Source of the DNA: Chrysomallon squamiferum
Taxonomy: Eukaryota > Animalia > Mollusca
Assembly: GCA_012295275.1 (NCBI GenBank)
Contig: CM022667.1
Location: 6,448,001 to 6,512,000, forward strand
Length of the DNA stretch: 64,000 nt
Direction: 5' to 3'
Positions 44,433 through 59,137 of the stretch are shown here, in pieces. Made by a program: the position numbers and the translations under genes. The notes under the pieces are model-generated. The model searched no databases. It had not been told where the DNA came from and saw nothing but the letters and a program-made list of their open reading frames with translations. The first letter of the stretch is position 1. Every line of letters starts with the position of its first letter.

Positions 44433-47400
44433 ATGGATTTCAAAACAATTCCTGAAGTTGCACTGCTCCTCTTTCTTCTTGCTTTTAATGCAGTTAAAGG
44501 TAAGTACTGAATATTTATTATATATAAAATGAAAAACAACAACAACAATACCCATAGATCTCAGTGTTTTATTATTTCTTTGGTATGTCTCTATGTGGAT
44601 GATGTGGTTTTAAACTATGAGTAGTAGATAACAAGTACACAGTATGTAAACTAATATAAAAAATAATAGATATACCTGGTATTACTGTTTAATAATAATT
44701 ACAGGTGAGACTACTAGAACACGACAGTATGTACAAGTACACAGTATGTAAAATAACTCTAATATTAAAATAATAGATATACCTGATATTTAATAATAAT
44801 TACAGGTGAGGCAACTACAACAAGTACACAGTCTGTAAAATAACTCTAATATTAAAATAATAGATATACCTGATATTTAATAATAATTACAGGTGAGGCA
44901 ACTACAACAAGTACACAGTCTGTAAAATAACTGTAATATTAAAATAATAGATATACCTGATATTTAATAATAATTACAGGTGAGACTTCTACAACACTTG
45001 ACTGTATGGGTGGTGGACAACAAGGACACAGTACACAGTTGGTGTGTAAAACAACTGGTTCAGTCACCAGGGGAATCATTTTCATGTCACCAAAAGGAAG
45101 ACAAGTTGTGTCGTGTAACTCAGACAACTCTAAGTGTAGAGGATCATCTGGTTACTCTGCTGTTGTTGACTCGCAAACACAGATAACTCTAACTATTCAG
45201 TCTTTCAATGATATAGATGTGGGAACTTGGAAATGCCAGGATGGAGGAGATGGAAAGCCATCAAATTGTACCAAAACTAAATTATGTGAGTCGTTCCGTC
45301 CACTGGTCATTATTTATGTAGTATTATATCTTCTATATGACTTTTGTATTGTCAACATTACATTCTAGAAATATTTGAAATCTTCAATTAAAGGGAATTG
45401 CTTTATTTTCAGTGAAACAGAATGGTCTTTTAATTTTTATTGTTTCATTTTTTTTATTTTTTTTATTTATTTATTTATTTATTCTTTTAAAGGAGTGTTT
45501 CCATACATATGTGAGTTGAGACTTGCTTTCTTTTCTTTGTTTTATTTTTTGTTTGTTTGTTGTGGGAGGAGTGTTGTTATGATTTTGTTCCCTCATGTTT
45601 CTAATTGTTTTAATTTATTATTATTTTGCTTTTATTGTAATAACTATCTGCAAAAAAAGTTATATTCAAATAGATTTTAGCTCTTTTCATTTTCCATATT
45701 GTTGGTTCATATTTGTTTTTGGTCCTTTTTTAATGTAATTCCTCAATTAAACAAAAAAGATGAAATTAGATATAAACATTATTTTGTATCATTGACTGTT
45801 TGGTTAAGGTAGCTGGTCTATTACACATTTGTTTTAATTTAGATGTTTTTTTTTGTAAAATCCATTAGTTGAAAAAGAGAAATAAGAAAACAATAAAACA
45901 AGATAAACATTATTTTATATCATGACTTTTTGAAAGTAAATATTCTTGTCTTATTTGGTTTAAGCAACAGTTTATATGTATTGATATGTGGTTTGCTAAT
46001 CAGAAATGAATACAAAATGAAAATGGTAAGAAAGGAAAAAATTGGTATGCACAAAAAAAAAAAAAAAAAAAAAAAAAAATGGAGAGAAAACACAGAGACA
46101 CCTGTTTCTATTAAATCTATATATAATAATGTCAGAATTAAATACTTTTATTATTCATAATTGTAATTCACAATCCACTTATCAACAGTTTCACTTTGGG
46201 TTTGATTCCTAAATAATTGTTCTGTAAAATGGAGGCCACTGAAAAGCAGTAGGCTGATTGCAATAATTGTCTCACTGTCTACATGAGTTAATCAACAGAA
46301 AGAATGTGATTTGTTTTAAATGTTTCATGAAATTCAAAATAAAAACCTCACTCACATCCTAGAAGTGGAAACAGTGTTTATAAAATTGCCTGAATAATAT
46401 TTATTTTACAATAAATTTATAATTTGATGAAATGGATGAGAAAAAGAAAGGGAGAAATAAAAAGAAAATGGCTAAATTATTTGAAACATTTATCAGTTAT
46501 AATTCTCTACAGATAGACATATAAATATATTTTAGGCTAGGTTAAAAACAAACCAGCTTACTGGAAATATTACCAACATTTGCAAGCCTTGTTAGTTAAA
46601 AGAGCAAATATAATATCTGGTTTTAATCCAGATTTCACTCTTTAATTTTTTTATTCATTCTTTTCATGACTCTTTTTATTTTTTATTTTTTATTCTCTTT
46701 TCTTACTTTTTTTTTTTTTAATTATTAATTATTTTAAAAATAATACACCTTAAGTGTAATAGTTGTAATCAGTAATTGTAATTAATGTATTGCTTAAACA
46801 AAACCATTAAATAATGATGATTATAATACAATTAAAGGCAAACCAATTCTAAACTATCACAGCTATGAATTGCAGTCAGAAAATTAGTGTATTCATACCC
46901 AAAATCAGTACTGATCTGACATCATTATAGAATGTCTCTGTTATAAACTGTCAAATGAAAATCATCTTTTTTTCATTGCCTTTCACATTCAGATGGTCCA
47001 GACAGTGTCAGACTGAGTCCATCATCACCTGGTACAGTTGTAGAAGGTGTTACACTGACAGTTACCTGTACTTCTGTCTGTAATCCTACATGTTCCTATA
47101 CCTGGTCACTCAACAATAAAATACTTTCTACAACTTCTCAGTTAACTCTGACACACATCAGTAGATATCAGACAGGTGAAATATATAAATGTACAGCAAA
47201 CAACCCGACTACATCAGTGGAAAAATCTGAACAATTTCAACTCTCAGTCTACTGTAAGTATAGTTTAATAATGTTAATTCATAGAACACAATCATCTTTT
47301 AGAAGAGGATTTAACCAGATCTGAGAAATATGACTTCAGTCCTACATATTTAGAAGAAATGTTTATCAGAATTGTGAATTGATGTGTTTGAAACAAATAT

Positions 47401-49158
47401 TTGAGCTAAGCAGTTTTGTTAATTTCACAAATGTATCTATTTATCTATGTCAGAGATCAGAAAAATTTGTCTTTTAATGTGTTTGTGTGTATATCTATTT
47501 ACTAAAGATAATAAATAAGTATTTTATAAGATATAGTATTCATCTATGTATGTATATGTGTAAATGTTTTTCATAGAAATCCACAAACCTCCATATAATA
47601 ATACTTTATTTGTACTTTAGATGGACCAGACAGTGTAAAAGTGAACGTGAGTTCTGCACTGACAGCACAGGAAGGTGATGATGTGGCTGTGTTGTGTGAA
47701 GCAGATTGTCATACATCTTGTTCTTTCACGTGGAAGTTTAAAACTCACACAAAGTCTACAAGTGCTGTGTTGACTTTAAATGATGTAGACAAGTCACAGG
47801 CTGGTGTCTACACGTGTACAGCTGTCAACACAAACTCAAAGGAATCAAATTACACAACAGTTACACTGGATGTCCTGTGTGAGTTTAGTTTTATTAATTA
47901 ATAATTTAATATCATTAATACTGAATCTATTAGGATGAGAAAAAGTCTAACCATACTGTTATAATCATGCCAGTGTAAAAGAAAAATAACATTAATATTG
48001 TGCACGTGTTTCTGTGTGTTTGTGTTTGTCTGTGTGTGTGTGTGTGTCTGTGTCTGTGTTAAATTCTTTTCATTTTTCAAGGCAGTCTTTTATGTTTATT
48101 TGGTGCTATGAAAAATGTATTCAAGTAATTTTACTATGGTAGCTGGAACAGAAGACAGAATAATTATTTTGTTTGGTTGATTTTTTTTTGTTTGTTTGTT
48201 TGTTAAGAAAAACCCAGAAACAAACAAACAAACAAAAACAAAAACAACAACTTATAAATATAAAAATGTATCAAAAGGTTTCTTTTTTCCTAAACTCACA
48301 ATGTGTCTTTCAGTTAACATCTATGACAGTTATGTATTTAGTTAAAATTGATTGAATTTATCATTCCAAACATTACATTAGAAGTTAGATATTCTATCAA
48401 TCCTCATAAATGTGTCTCTTTGTGGATGATGTGGTTTTAAACTTAATATTTTATTATTACTTAGTCATTAGATTGTACCTAATCATCATTAATTTAAATA
48501 ATAATAATAATAATAATAATAAATGTAATAATAAATTTAAAAGTTTACTTATTTATTTATTTATTTATTTAATCCACCTGTCTGCAATATATTTTTCTAT
48601 GAATTTAACTTGTATTACAGATCAGACTTCAATAACCTCTTTGACACTGAACTCAGTCTACAAAGATAACAGTTGATGAACTGAGTCCTGTGTCTCTGAG
48701 GTGTGAAGTTGACAGTAACCCAGCATCTCACATCAAACTGTTAAACAACTCACACATTCTACGTGAAGTGAAAAACTCCAAGTCAGTGGAGTACAGCTGG
48801 AATGAAGCTGGATGTCTGGATACAGGATTTTACACTTGTGAAGCAGGAAACAACATCAAGTCTGATGTCAGTCAAAGTGTGCAGCTTAATATTACATGTA
48901 TGTAATGTTGTAATATAATTTGTACTATTTTAATAATATTGAAAGATATCACTTAAAATATGGGTCATTCTATGTCACATCAAGTTTTACCCCATTGAAA
49001 TCTCAGGTGAAATGATACATTATTTCTTGCATTGGATCATTAGTTTTGGAAATGTCATACACTAAAGTCTGGATTTATTCATTAAGAATGGGTTACAGCT
49101 CACTTCTTTCTCAGTATCCGATGGATAAAATTGAATAAAAATGGCATCTTCAAAATGT

Positions 49159-49190
<32 letters not shown>

Positions 49191-52100
49191 TAAAAGTTGA
49201 TAGTCTTTTGTAATTCACCTTAATTTTGAATTTGCAGTCATTTGCAGTCATTCAAAAGAAATCCAAAATGAAAAAGTGTTATTCATTTATTTATTTATTT
49301 TGATTTTTTAATTCGAAAGCAAAATAAATTATAAGTTGTTTGCTTTATGAATTTTGATTTTCTTATAATTCATAAAGAAATAATAAGAAAGTAGCCTCCA
49401 CATTTTATTTTTGTAATTTAAATCAGCTCCAGTGTGATTAATAAAAAATTTAAATGAAAATACTTTGTTATTTTGAAATCATCTTTATTGTTATTTTAAT
49501 TTATTTTTTTATCAAAAATCAATGAGTATGTAAAAAAAATGTGTCATTGTTATTTCTTGCTATTTTATATTGTGTTAACTTTCTGTTATAATAGAGTTAA
49601 ATTTGTATAAGTAAATAGTTGTTTTAATATGGTCCTTATTGATAACAGTAATCACTAGTTTGACTTTCTCAGGTTCACCAAGACTGGATCATCGAGTTAC
49701 ATTTCAAGATAAATTTGCTTCTGTAGAAGGTGGAAATGTAACTCTACACATTTCTGTGATTGCCAATCCAGTTCCAACATTTACCTGGTATAAACTCACA
49801 GATGTAAACAATAAAAGTCTTGGATCTACACAACCTGTACTCACTACAAATGTGTCTACTGTAGGTGAATATAAACTGACAAATGTCAAACAAGAAGATT
49901 TTGGAATATATCAGGTTGTTGTGTCAAACGTGGAAAAAAGACCAGATCTTGTTGTAAAACTAAGTGTTACTGCAGAAGGTAAAAACATCAAACTGGTACT
50001 TTATGATTATTATTATTATTAGTAGTAGTAGTAATAGTAGTAGTAGTAGTATTTTAAAACAAAAATTAATTCCTATTGATCAAGCTCAATATTAATAGAC
50101 AGAGGAATAATATTTATTATTTTATATGTATTATTTTGTTTATATGTACTAAATAAATATTTTTATTATGTAGTTTTCAGAAGTAACTACTAAACAGCTG
50201 CATGTTTTCATGGATAAACAGTTTCTTACAAACATTACTTTTCAGCTTCAAGCTTAATTTTACTCGTTGCTGTTACACTTTTTAATGTTTAGTTATCTGC
50301 CTTGAGTGAAAAAATCTAAGTTAAACCTTTTTTAATTTAATTGTTTTATAAAATAATTTTTTATATTTTTAAATTATCTTATTTTATTATCTTTTTTTGT
50401 TTGTTTTTGTTGTCAGCTAGTCAGTAACTTTCAGCTGCCTGCTGAAAATATTTATTTTGTTCCTTAGCATTTGCATCTCTTTTTCAAACCCTTGACAACA
50501 TTTCCTCATCCTCTTTGCCACAAGATGGGAAGTTTTTAGAAAACATTTATCAAAGCAAAATTATAAATGTAGTTAACATATTTATAAGCAGATCACTGCT
50601 GACACTATTTAACAATTTTGTTACATTCTAAACTCAAAGGTCCTCCAACTGTTCCCTCTGACGTGAGAACTTGGATCACAGGTCCACATTCAGTGTCAGT
50701 GTCTTGGACAGAAGAATTTAATGGAGGATCACAACAAACATTTCTTGTACAGTATCGAGCAGACACAACATCTGAGTGGACAAATCTCACTGAACAGTTT
50801 GGTGAAAAAGGTCTTCACACAAATCACACAGCAGAGATTTCTAGTTTACAACCAAACACCAGATATCTGATTCGAGTTTTAGCTTTTAACAAAGTTGGTT
50901 TCAAAAATTTTACTAAGGAAGAGGAAATCTTGACAGAGGGTAAATTACCATCATTGCTCTTTATTTCACAGGCATAAAATTTTAAAATAGTTGTAGTATT
51001 AATAAAAAATAAAAATATAATATTAATTGTAAATGCACGTTCATATGCAAAGATAGAATGTACATTTTTGCATGTCTGCAGTTTGCATCTTGACAATGTA
51101 GCTATTCTTATGAAAATGCTATTATCAGCTTTCAGCAGTTTTTACTGTAATTAATTCTAGCTTTTGTTTAACTAATTTATTAAACATTCAGAGAAACATT
51201 TCATTAAGAAAATTTACATTTCTGTTATTTGTAAATTTGTTAGCAGTAAAAGATCCTGAAAGTTCTAAGATTGTGGCAGTTGCAGCTGGTGTTGCCACTG
51301 GTGGTGTTGTTATTGTTGCAGTGGTTGTTGTTCTGCTTGTGTTGTTCCTCAGACGAAGAAAGCAAAACAAAACACCATCTGACAAAGCTGTTACAGGTAA
51401 TTTACTTTTAATGTTACAGTTTTCACTTTTGCTTATTAATCACATTACTGATCTGTAATGCTTTCACATTAACAGGAAAATCGGTGTGGAGACATTTATA
51501 TCAGTTTTGCCAGAAAGGCATAAAATGTCTTGAATGATGGGTAAAATTTCTCCAAGAGTAATTGAATTTTACTCAGTCTTTTATTTACTTAATTAAGACA
51601 AAAAAATAAAAATAAAAACCAAGTTCTGTAAAAATTGCATTTGATAAATAATTATTCCAAGGAATTTCTATTAGAATGAAAAAATTAGTTATTTTCATGT
51701 TTTTTACTTTTTTTATAGCTTTTCACTCAAACCAGAACAACTCAAATGTGTTGTATTCAGTAGTAAACAAAATTAGAAGAGCTGGAACCAGCAATTCACA
51801 AAATCAGCAAAATAATGAAAATACAGGTAATTTTTACTTAATATACAAGTGTTAATTGTTTAATGATTTTTTTTTTTTTAAATTTAAAATTTATTTATTT
51901 ATTTATTTATTAGTATTATTATTATTATTTTATTTATTTATTTATTTTTTTGCTGTTCTTATGACTACTGACTGTTTATGGTATTATTGAAAGAGAACAG
52001 TAACAATTACTAATCTTTCTTGAATAAATGTTGAGAATTATATATTAAAACACCATTTGTGTTTTTTTTTGTTTTTGTTTGATATTTATTTATTTTGAGT

Positions 52101-52508
52101 ATTTTCCTCTTTTTTATGTGTGTTTGTGTGTGTGTGTTTGTGTTTTGTGTTTGTGTTTTGGAGGGTCTTTTGTTATTTTCAATAAAAGGAAATTTAAGAG
52201 TATGAATATGTGAAATAACTGAAATGTGCTGATTTGTGTTTGAGTTTCCTTTGGAAGTGAAGCTGGTGCTGAGTATGCCCTGGTGAACAAAGACAAGAAA
52301 CACATAAAACCGATAACAAACATATGGAAACAATAGCAAATTTATATCTTAATCAAATTTAGCCACAAAAAGATATATCATTTAGGAATGTGAGCATATT
52401 TAATGTCACAATGATTTTAGTAAGCTCTGTATTTAATTTTTAATCCTCATCTATTTATTATTTACTGCTAACTGAATATAACATTTATTTTTTTTAAAAC
52501 TATTTTAA

Positions 52509-52543
<35 letters not shown>

Positions 52544-52948
52544 TTTTTATTATTATTTATTATTATTATTTTATTATTATTTTATAGTAATGTTTAGGAT
52601 ATTTGCTAAGAATACTACAAGTTTATAATCTTGTCAGGATACAGCATATCACAGTATTATGTTAAAATGCTCTTTTAAATAGCTATATGTTTTCACAGTT
52701 GCTAAGTTTAAGTGATAAAGTTAGAATAATTATATTTTATATATGCAAATCATCTACTAACTAAATGTATATGAAAATAAACAAAATTGATTTTATGTTT
52801 TTGTTTTACATGGTGACATAAAGGAATATCAACTTGCAAATTCTTTGTTTAATGACAATTTCAAAGCAGTTTGGTATTTTAATAACAGATCTAATCTTAT
52901 GCATTAGTATATGAACTATTGTGTAATAACTGAAATAATGTTAGAAAT

Positions 52949-53011
<63 letters not shown>

Positions 53012-54040
53012 GGTGTATCATGTTCTAGTGAATCTAGTGAATTAATCAAATGTTTTACATTGACATACATTAAATTAAAATCATCAACAGTTTACTTTAT
53101 TAAATTGTGCATTGATTGCATTTTTATTGTATTCACTAAACAGTTGCTTGTTAGATATTCATTCATGTACAAATATTAATGTTTTAAATCACATATATGT
53201 ACATGTTTATTTACAGCTGGTCCTTCTTCCTCGGCTGATCTCTATGCAGTTGTGGACAAAACAAAGAAACCTGCAGCAGTTAAAAAACAAAAAGTGAAAC
53301 CAAAAGAGAGGAAAACAACAAATGGTATAATTTAAATACATATGATGAAAACAAAGCTAACATTTCTCAAACATAATATGATACTAAAAAAGTACCATTT
53401 ACATATTAATTAATAATAGTTCTTCCTAATAATTTTGTATTGGTTTCATTATCTTTAGAATTTGTATTATTGTATTGATTACTTTCTGAAATTGTATTCC
53501 AGTAATGTGATATTTTCCAATAAAACTAGAAAAATTATGATCAATGGAGAAAAAAAAAAAAGAAGAAATGAAAAAACTAATATATGGGTTTTTTTTTTTC
53601 ATAACACGTAGATGGAAAGCACATCTATGGAAATGACAATATCACCTTTGTTGAGGACAAGAAACCAAAGAAGCCACGAAAAGAAAAAACTGAGGTACGT
53701 AAAATATATCTCCTTTATTCTTAATTTAATTTAATTACATATTTCTTAGTTACAGTTATATCAGAATCTCCACCAAATTGTATTTAAAAAAAAAAAAAAT
53801 TAAAAATAAAATAAAAGAAATAAAATAAATTAAATAAAATGATTTTCATTGTTTTTACAGCCAGCAACAGCTAAAAGAAGAAATGAATGTCAGCTGGTTT
53901 ACACTGAAATTGAGTTTACAAATGAGAAAATGTCACAGCCCATGAACAAAAAAGAAGAACCAACAGTGTACATTCAGATTGACTTCTCAAAGAAAGCCCC
54001 ACAGTTGTCTGATGATGATAATCAACAGAACACAAAATAA
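44433..54040 (+). CDS. Gene E: ITIM/ITSM-type Ig-superfamily receptor (802 aa if repaired); 2-nt frameshift in Ig4 as assembled
   Basis: Exons 44433-44499, 44980-45285, 46993-47253, 47621-47878, 48621-48897 (277 vs 279 nt), 49673-49978, 50640-50939, 51244-51396, 51719-51826, 53217-53324, 53612-53694, 53861-54040; dead exon at 52251-52321. Confidence 0.82.
44630..44979 (+). repeat. Tandem copies of the V-exon acceptor plus exon start (gene E)
   Basis: taattacag|gtgag at AG 44703-04, 44804-05, 44891-92 and the true acceptor 44978-79. Confidence 0.9.
44980..45285 (+). CDS. Gene E V-like Ig exon
   Basis: ORF 45006-45368; 306 nt, 6 Cys. Confidence 0.9.
46993..47253 (+). CDS. Gene E Ig domain 2 exon
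   Basis: Hand-translated, open, 261 nt. Confidence 0.9.
47621..47878 (+). CDS. Gene E Ig domain 3 exon
   Basis: ORF 47641-47901; 258 nt. Confidence 0.92.
48621..48897 (+). CDS. Gene E Ig domain 4 exon, frameshifted
   Basis: aactcagtct where A and C have aactcaaagtct; split between ORFs 48410-48676 and 48690-48905. Confidence 0.85.
49673..49978 (+). CDS. Gene E Ig domain 5 exon
   Basis: ORF 49639-50022; 306 nt. Confidence 0.92.
50640..50939 (+). CDS. Gene E FN3 exon
   Basis: ORF 50618-50977; 300 nt, open. Confidence 0.92.
51244..51396 (+). CDS. Gene E transmembrane exon
   Basis: Uncharged TM followed by RRRK; intact donor. Confidence 0.88.
53861..54040 (+). CDS. Gene E last exon with ITIM LVYTEI and ITSM TVYIQI
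   Basis: ORF 53849-54040; tttttacag acceptor, phase 0. Confidence 0.85.
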   Translation, partial: PATAKRRNECQLVYTEIEFTNEKMSQPMNKKEEPTVYIQIDFSKKAPQLSDDDNQQNTK

Positions 54041-54673
54041 AACATACTGATTATGTAAAATATGCATTCATAAAAATTACAAAGGTATTTTAAAAATATC
54101 TAAATAATGTTATTCCTTTTAGACAAAAGTTGAAAACTTTATATATTTAAGAAATATAAAGTAAAAGACATAGACAAAAAATAAAATTATTCATTCTATA
54201 CTGATGTGAATATAACACAAAGGATGAAAATAAGAAATTTCTGAAAAAATGCTGCTGAGAATTATTAATTCAGTTCCAGAGATTTAACAATTAAAACTGT
54301 CGAAATTTCTACATGTAACAATCCTGATAGTATTTGTAAAAAAAAAAAACAGTTAAAAGATTTAAAAACTTTTGTGTAAAACAAAAATTAAGAACTGACA
54401 GAAAACTACTGAAAAGAGTTCAAAATGGACAAATAATTTGAACTTTGGAAAATCTGTTTATACAAGTTTTCTTGTCTTTTGAAAACACCTATAAAATTTT
54501 ATTTAGTGTCTGGAAAATAATATAAAGACCACACAGATACTTTAGGCAAAAGTATCTCATACTGACTTGTTTTTATTTCTCTCTTCATTTTTTTTTCTTG
54601 TCTTTTTTTTTTTTTTTTTTTTTTTTTTCTAGATGATTATTTTAGATTTTTTTATTATTAATGTTATTAATTA

Positions 54674-54713
<40 letters not shown>

Positions 54714-57131
54714 TTTTTTTTATAGATTACATCAATTATTTTAGATTTTTTTATTATTAATGTTATTAATTATATATATATATATGAATTATAAGAATAA
54801 AATATCTTTTAATATTTTTAATATACATTTATGTTACATTTGAAATACATGGATGTTGCATTAGTTATGTATATACATGTTTCTTGGTTGTTGTTTTTTT
54901 GTTTGTTTTGTTAATTATTATCAAGAGCTTTTTATTTTTCTCTTAATTTCTTTTTAAATTTATATATGCAGTATCTAGATGGATAGATGTCACAAACAAT
55001 AGATTACAACATTTTTATCTTTTAATTATTAATATTATTATATTTGTTTTCAATATATATATGTTGATTTTTTAAATTTCTTTTAAATATTTTTAAATGT
55101 TATTCATCATGAACTACTTAAAAGCTTTTTAGAAATGTTCAGTTATGTTTACATTTTAATTAATGATCAAAATTGTGTAAATATAATAATTTATATATAT
55201 AATTGTACTTTTCTCCGTTATTTTTCATAACTGAAATTTTTCATATTTGAAGTTTTTATATTTTTATCTATACATTGTTACAATCTTGTTATTTAATTGT
55301 TCTGTGATAATAACATAGTTTTATAGGACTTGTCTCTTACTTCATTTTCCTTTAAAAAAAAACTTTTGATCTATTACTTAATGTTCTGTCAACCTCTCAT
55401 ACTTTCTGTCTTTAAATAAACCTTTTTCATTTTCTGAATTGTTCATAATAAAACTCAAATCCGTTAAAAAACTTTCAATCATTTTATCAATATTTTTATA
55501 TGATGTGATAGTGTACTACAGAAAATATATTTGTTATACCACTTTATAATTTGTTTGACGTTTTGCATGAATGAACATTCCAAATATTTTTATTTTTGAT
55601 TTAATGTACAGCAGTTATTTTTGGAGATAGTAAACTTTACACAGTGTTTACACTGTTTGTTATTTTTGTAAAGTAGTTTTAAGTATTTTTCAAAATTATA
55701 AAACTGATGAAAACAAACACCTGAACTTATTTGAACATTAAGTGTCATTTTGTTTTTGTTCTGAAGACACTATTTGAAAAGATAATATTTTAAACCATTC
55801 CTCAGTTTCACCAACATACTGAAAACAAAAAACACAAAATGTCAATACAGTGTCAAATCATATATATTTATGCATAAAATTATGTCTGTTACTTATAGAG
55901 AAATCCAATGTATAAAATATTCTTCTGTATTTTCTCATTAATATTTAATTCTCAGATTTTATGAAGTCATGATCAGATTGTTCTAATCATGTGATATTAT
56001 ATGTTTTGATAATCAGTTTTTTTACTCATTCATTACCTATTTTATTTAAAACCAATCAAAATATATTGAATTCTAAATTACCATACCAATTTCTTTGATT
56101 CTTATACAGGATTCTTATGTTGTTTGTTTATTCATGTATTCTGTAATATTATTTTTATTTTCACTTTCATTATGAATTTTGCTTGTATTTATTTTTATTC
56201 AAAGATTTATAACAGAAATTACTAGTGATTTTGTACTGTTTCAGCTTTGATTATTTTGTATAGAATGTCTTTAATACATAATAAAAAATATAGTTAACCA
56301 GTTCTTCCAAATAATTATTATCTACTGATAATTTTGACTAATTTGATAAATTGAATAAATGGCTTAATAATAACTTAGCAATAATTTTAATAAAGACATA
56401 TATTCAGTTATTTTGTGTTCTGTTTATTGAACTCAATGTTTTTTTTTAAAGTACAACTTATTGCATTATTGTTCAATTTAAAGAACAGTGAAAACACATT
56501 TTCACTCAATCAAGACAGATAGATATAAAAACAAGTATCAATCAGGTAATATTAACTAGACGTACTAAGCAGTGAATTTTAGAAACCACTTTAAATTTGA
56601 GTTAATATGAGTTTACAGGTCCACATTAACAGAATATGTAACATTTGAACTATATTTATTTATTTTAAAACAACCTATATTATAATAATAATTGTAAGAT
56701 GTGAGTATCCCTTTGTTATAACAAAAAGAACACCAAGAAAACATGAAATCTTTATTTGCTAAACATGAGATAAACAAGAAAGAATAATACAGAATTAGAT
56801 AAATGTTTTCTTATACCTTGCTATTTATAAATATCCCAGTTAAAGTGTTTCCATTCAGCTTGGTTTCTCTCAAATAATTTTCTTGAGATAATTCTGTCAA
56901 AAAATGTTCAAATTTGTTGAAAATTAAGCAGGTGTTTTAAGCAGGTGACATAGTAAACTTGATACGATATGATATGTGATATGATATATGATATTATAGC
57001 ATTAGGTTTCACTCATTGATCTTGTTCTGGTTTTGGTTTTGGTTTTATAAATTCAATATACACTTTCTGTATTAATCTAGTTACTATAACATTTTTGTGC
57101 TAAGATTGCAAGCGCTATGAAGAATTAATTA

Positions 57132-57330
57132 NNNNNNNNNNNNNNNNNNNNNNNNNNNNNNNNNNNNNNNNNNNNNNNNNNNNNNNNNNNNNNNNNNNNN
57201 NNNNNNNNNNNNNNNNNNNNNNNNNNNNNNNNNNNNNNNNNNNNNNNNNNNNNNNNNNNNNNNNNNNNNNNNNNNNNNNNNNNNNNNNNNNNNNNNNNNN
57301 NNNNNNNNNNNNNNNNNNNNNNNNNNNNNN
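57132..57330. other. Assembly gap
   Basis: Run of N. Confidence 1.
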
Positions 57331-57814
57331 NAATGTAAACCGTTCTTAAAACAAAAGAAAACTAAAATAAATATTGGTTACTCAAACAGTTTTGACGAGC
57401 AGACATTTCCTACGTAACCATTCCAACAGACAACACAACACAAATTTTTAACATAGCAATATTTTATTTATTCACTTTTAGGATTTACTTGAAAACTAGC
57501 TAGTATTTATTGAGTGTATATTATAAAGCTTAACAAGAATCATAACTAAAATATCAAAACCAAATGAGATAGTAAATAAAGCAAATGAACATATTGAACA
57601 TCGCATTTCTAATAAAGTGCGCCGTTACTGAAAGAGAAACTCTAAAACAAGCCGGAAAGTGAAACAGGCGTGAAACATGAGCATGTTGTGTGGGAGGAAC
57701 AATTTACATATAAAAAAGATATATAAATAAAAAATAAAGAAAAATTAAAATTAAAATTAGAAAAAGAAAGGAGAAGAAAAAGAAAGGAGAAGAAAAAGAA
57801 ATAATTATACATAA

Positions 57815-57888
<74 letters not shown>

Positions 57889-58028
57889 TTCTGAGAAGAC
57901 TCTTCAACAAATATAAAAGAATCAATTAGATAATGAAAAAATAATAATAATAATTTGTTAAATATTATTTAAAACAAATCGCAGAAACAAGCAACAGTAA
58001 ATTTGTTAGGAAAATTCCAGCAGTGATC

Positions 58029-58481
<453 letters not shown>

Positions 58482-58739
58482 CTGTTAAAATCAGTTTAGA
58501 AGAATAATCTCATTTAAATATACGTTTAACGCACAGAATTATTTATTTATTTTAATACCATAACCCTACACTTATCACCCGAATGCTTTGATTAATTGTG
58601 TTTCTTTTTGTTTACTTTTTCTTTTACTTATAAAATATAACTTTGAAAGTTTTACAGGTAACGTAGTTACTATTACAAAACGCAGTGTAGACTTGTATAT
58701 GAATGTGTATGGATATAAAGTGAAAACTAGTAAAAACAC

Positions 58740-58890
58740 GTAAAACAGAGCTTACCAACTCGTAAAGCAGAGCTCATTATGACATATAGCATAGCTCGTT
58801 ATAACACACAAAACTGAGTTAATTTAATACGTAAAGCACAGATCACTATGACAGGTCAAAGAGCTCGTTACATGTAAGGCAGAGCTTGTT
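58740..58890 (+). repeat. Degenerate short tandem repeat (cgtaaagcagagctc-like, ~20-25 nt units)
   Basis: Recurrent agagct/gtaaagca words. Confidence 0.45.
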
Positions 58891-59137
58891 GCTTCTACTG
58901 CCAAATAACGTAGTGAATGTAGAGCTGAAGGAATTACTGACAAATAACCTGCTTTGTAGTAATCTCGTTTCATGATGAAATCGCAATTAAGACAAATACT
59001 ATGTGGTGAACTTCAGCTCAGTATATATTTTGGATGTATAAATAAATATATACTACATCCAAGGCTTTCTGTTTTACATGGAGAGAAGAGATCTCAAAGA
59101 ACTTAATCTGCTGTGAGACTGGCATTGAGATACATTG

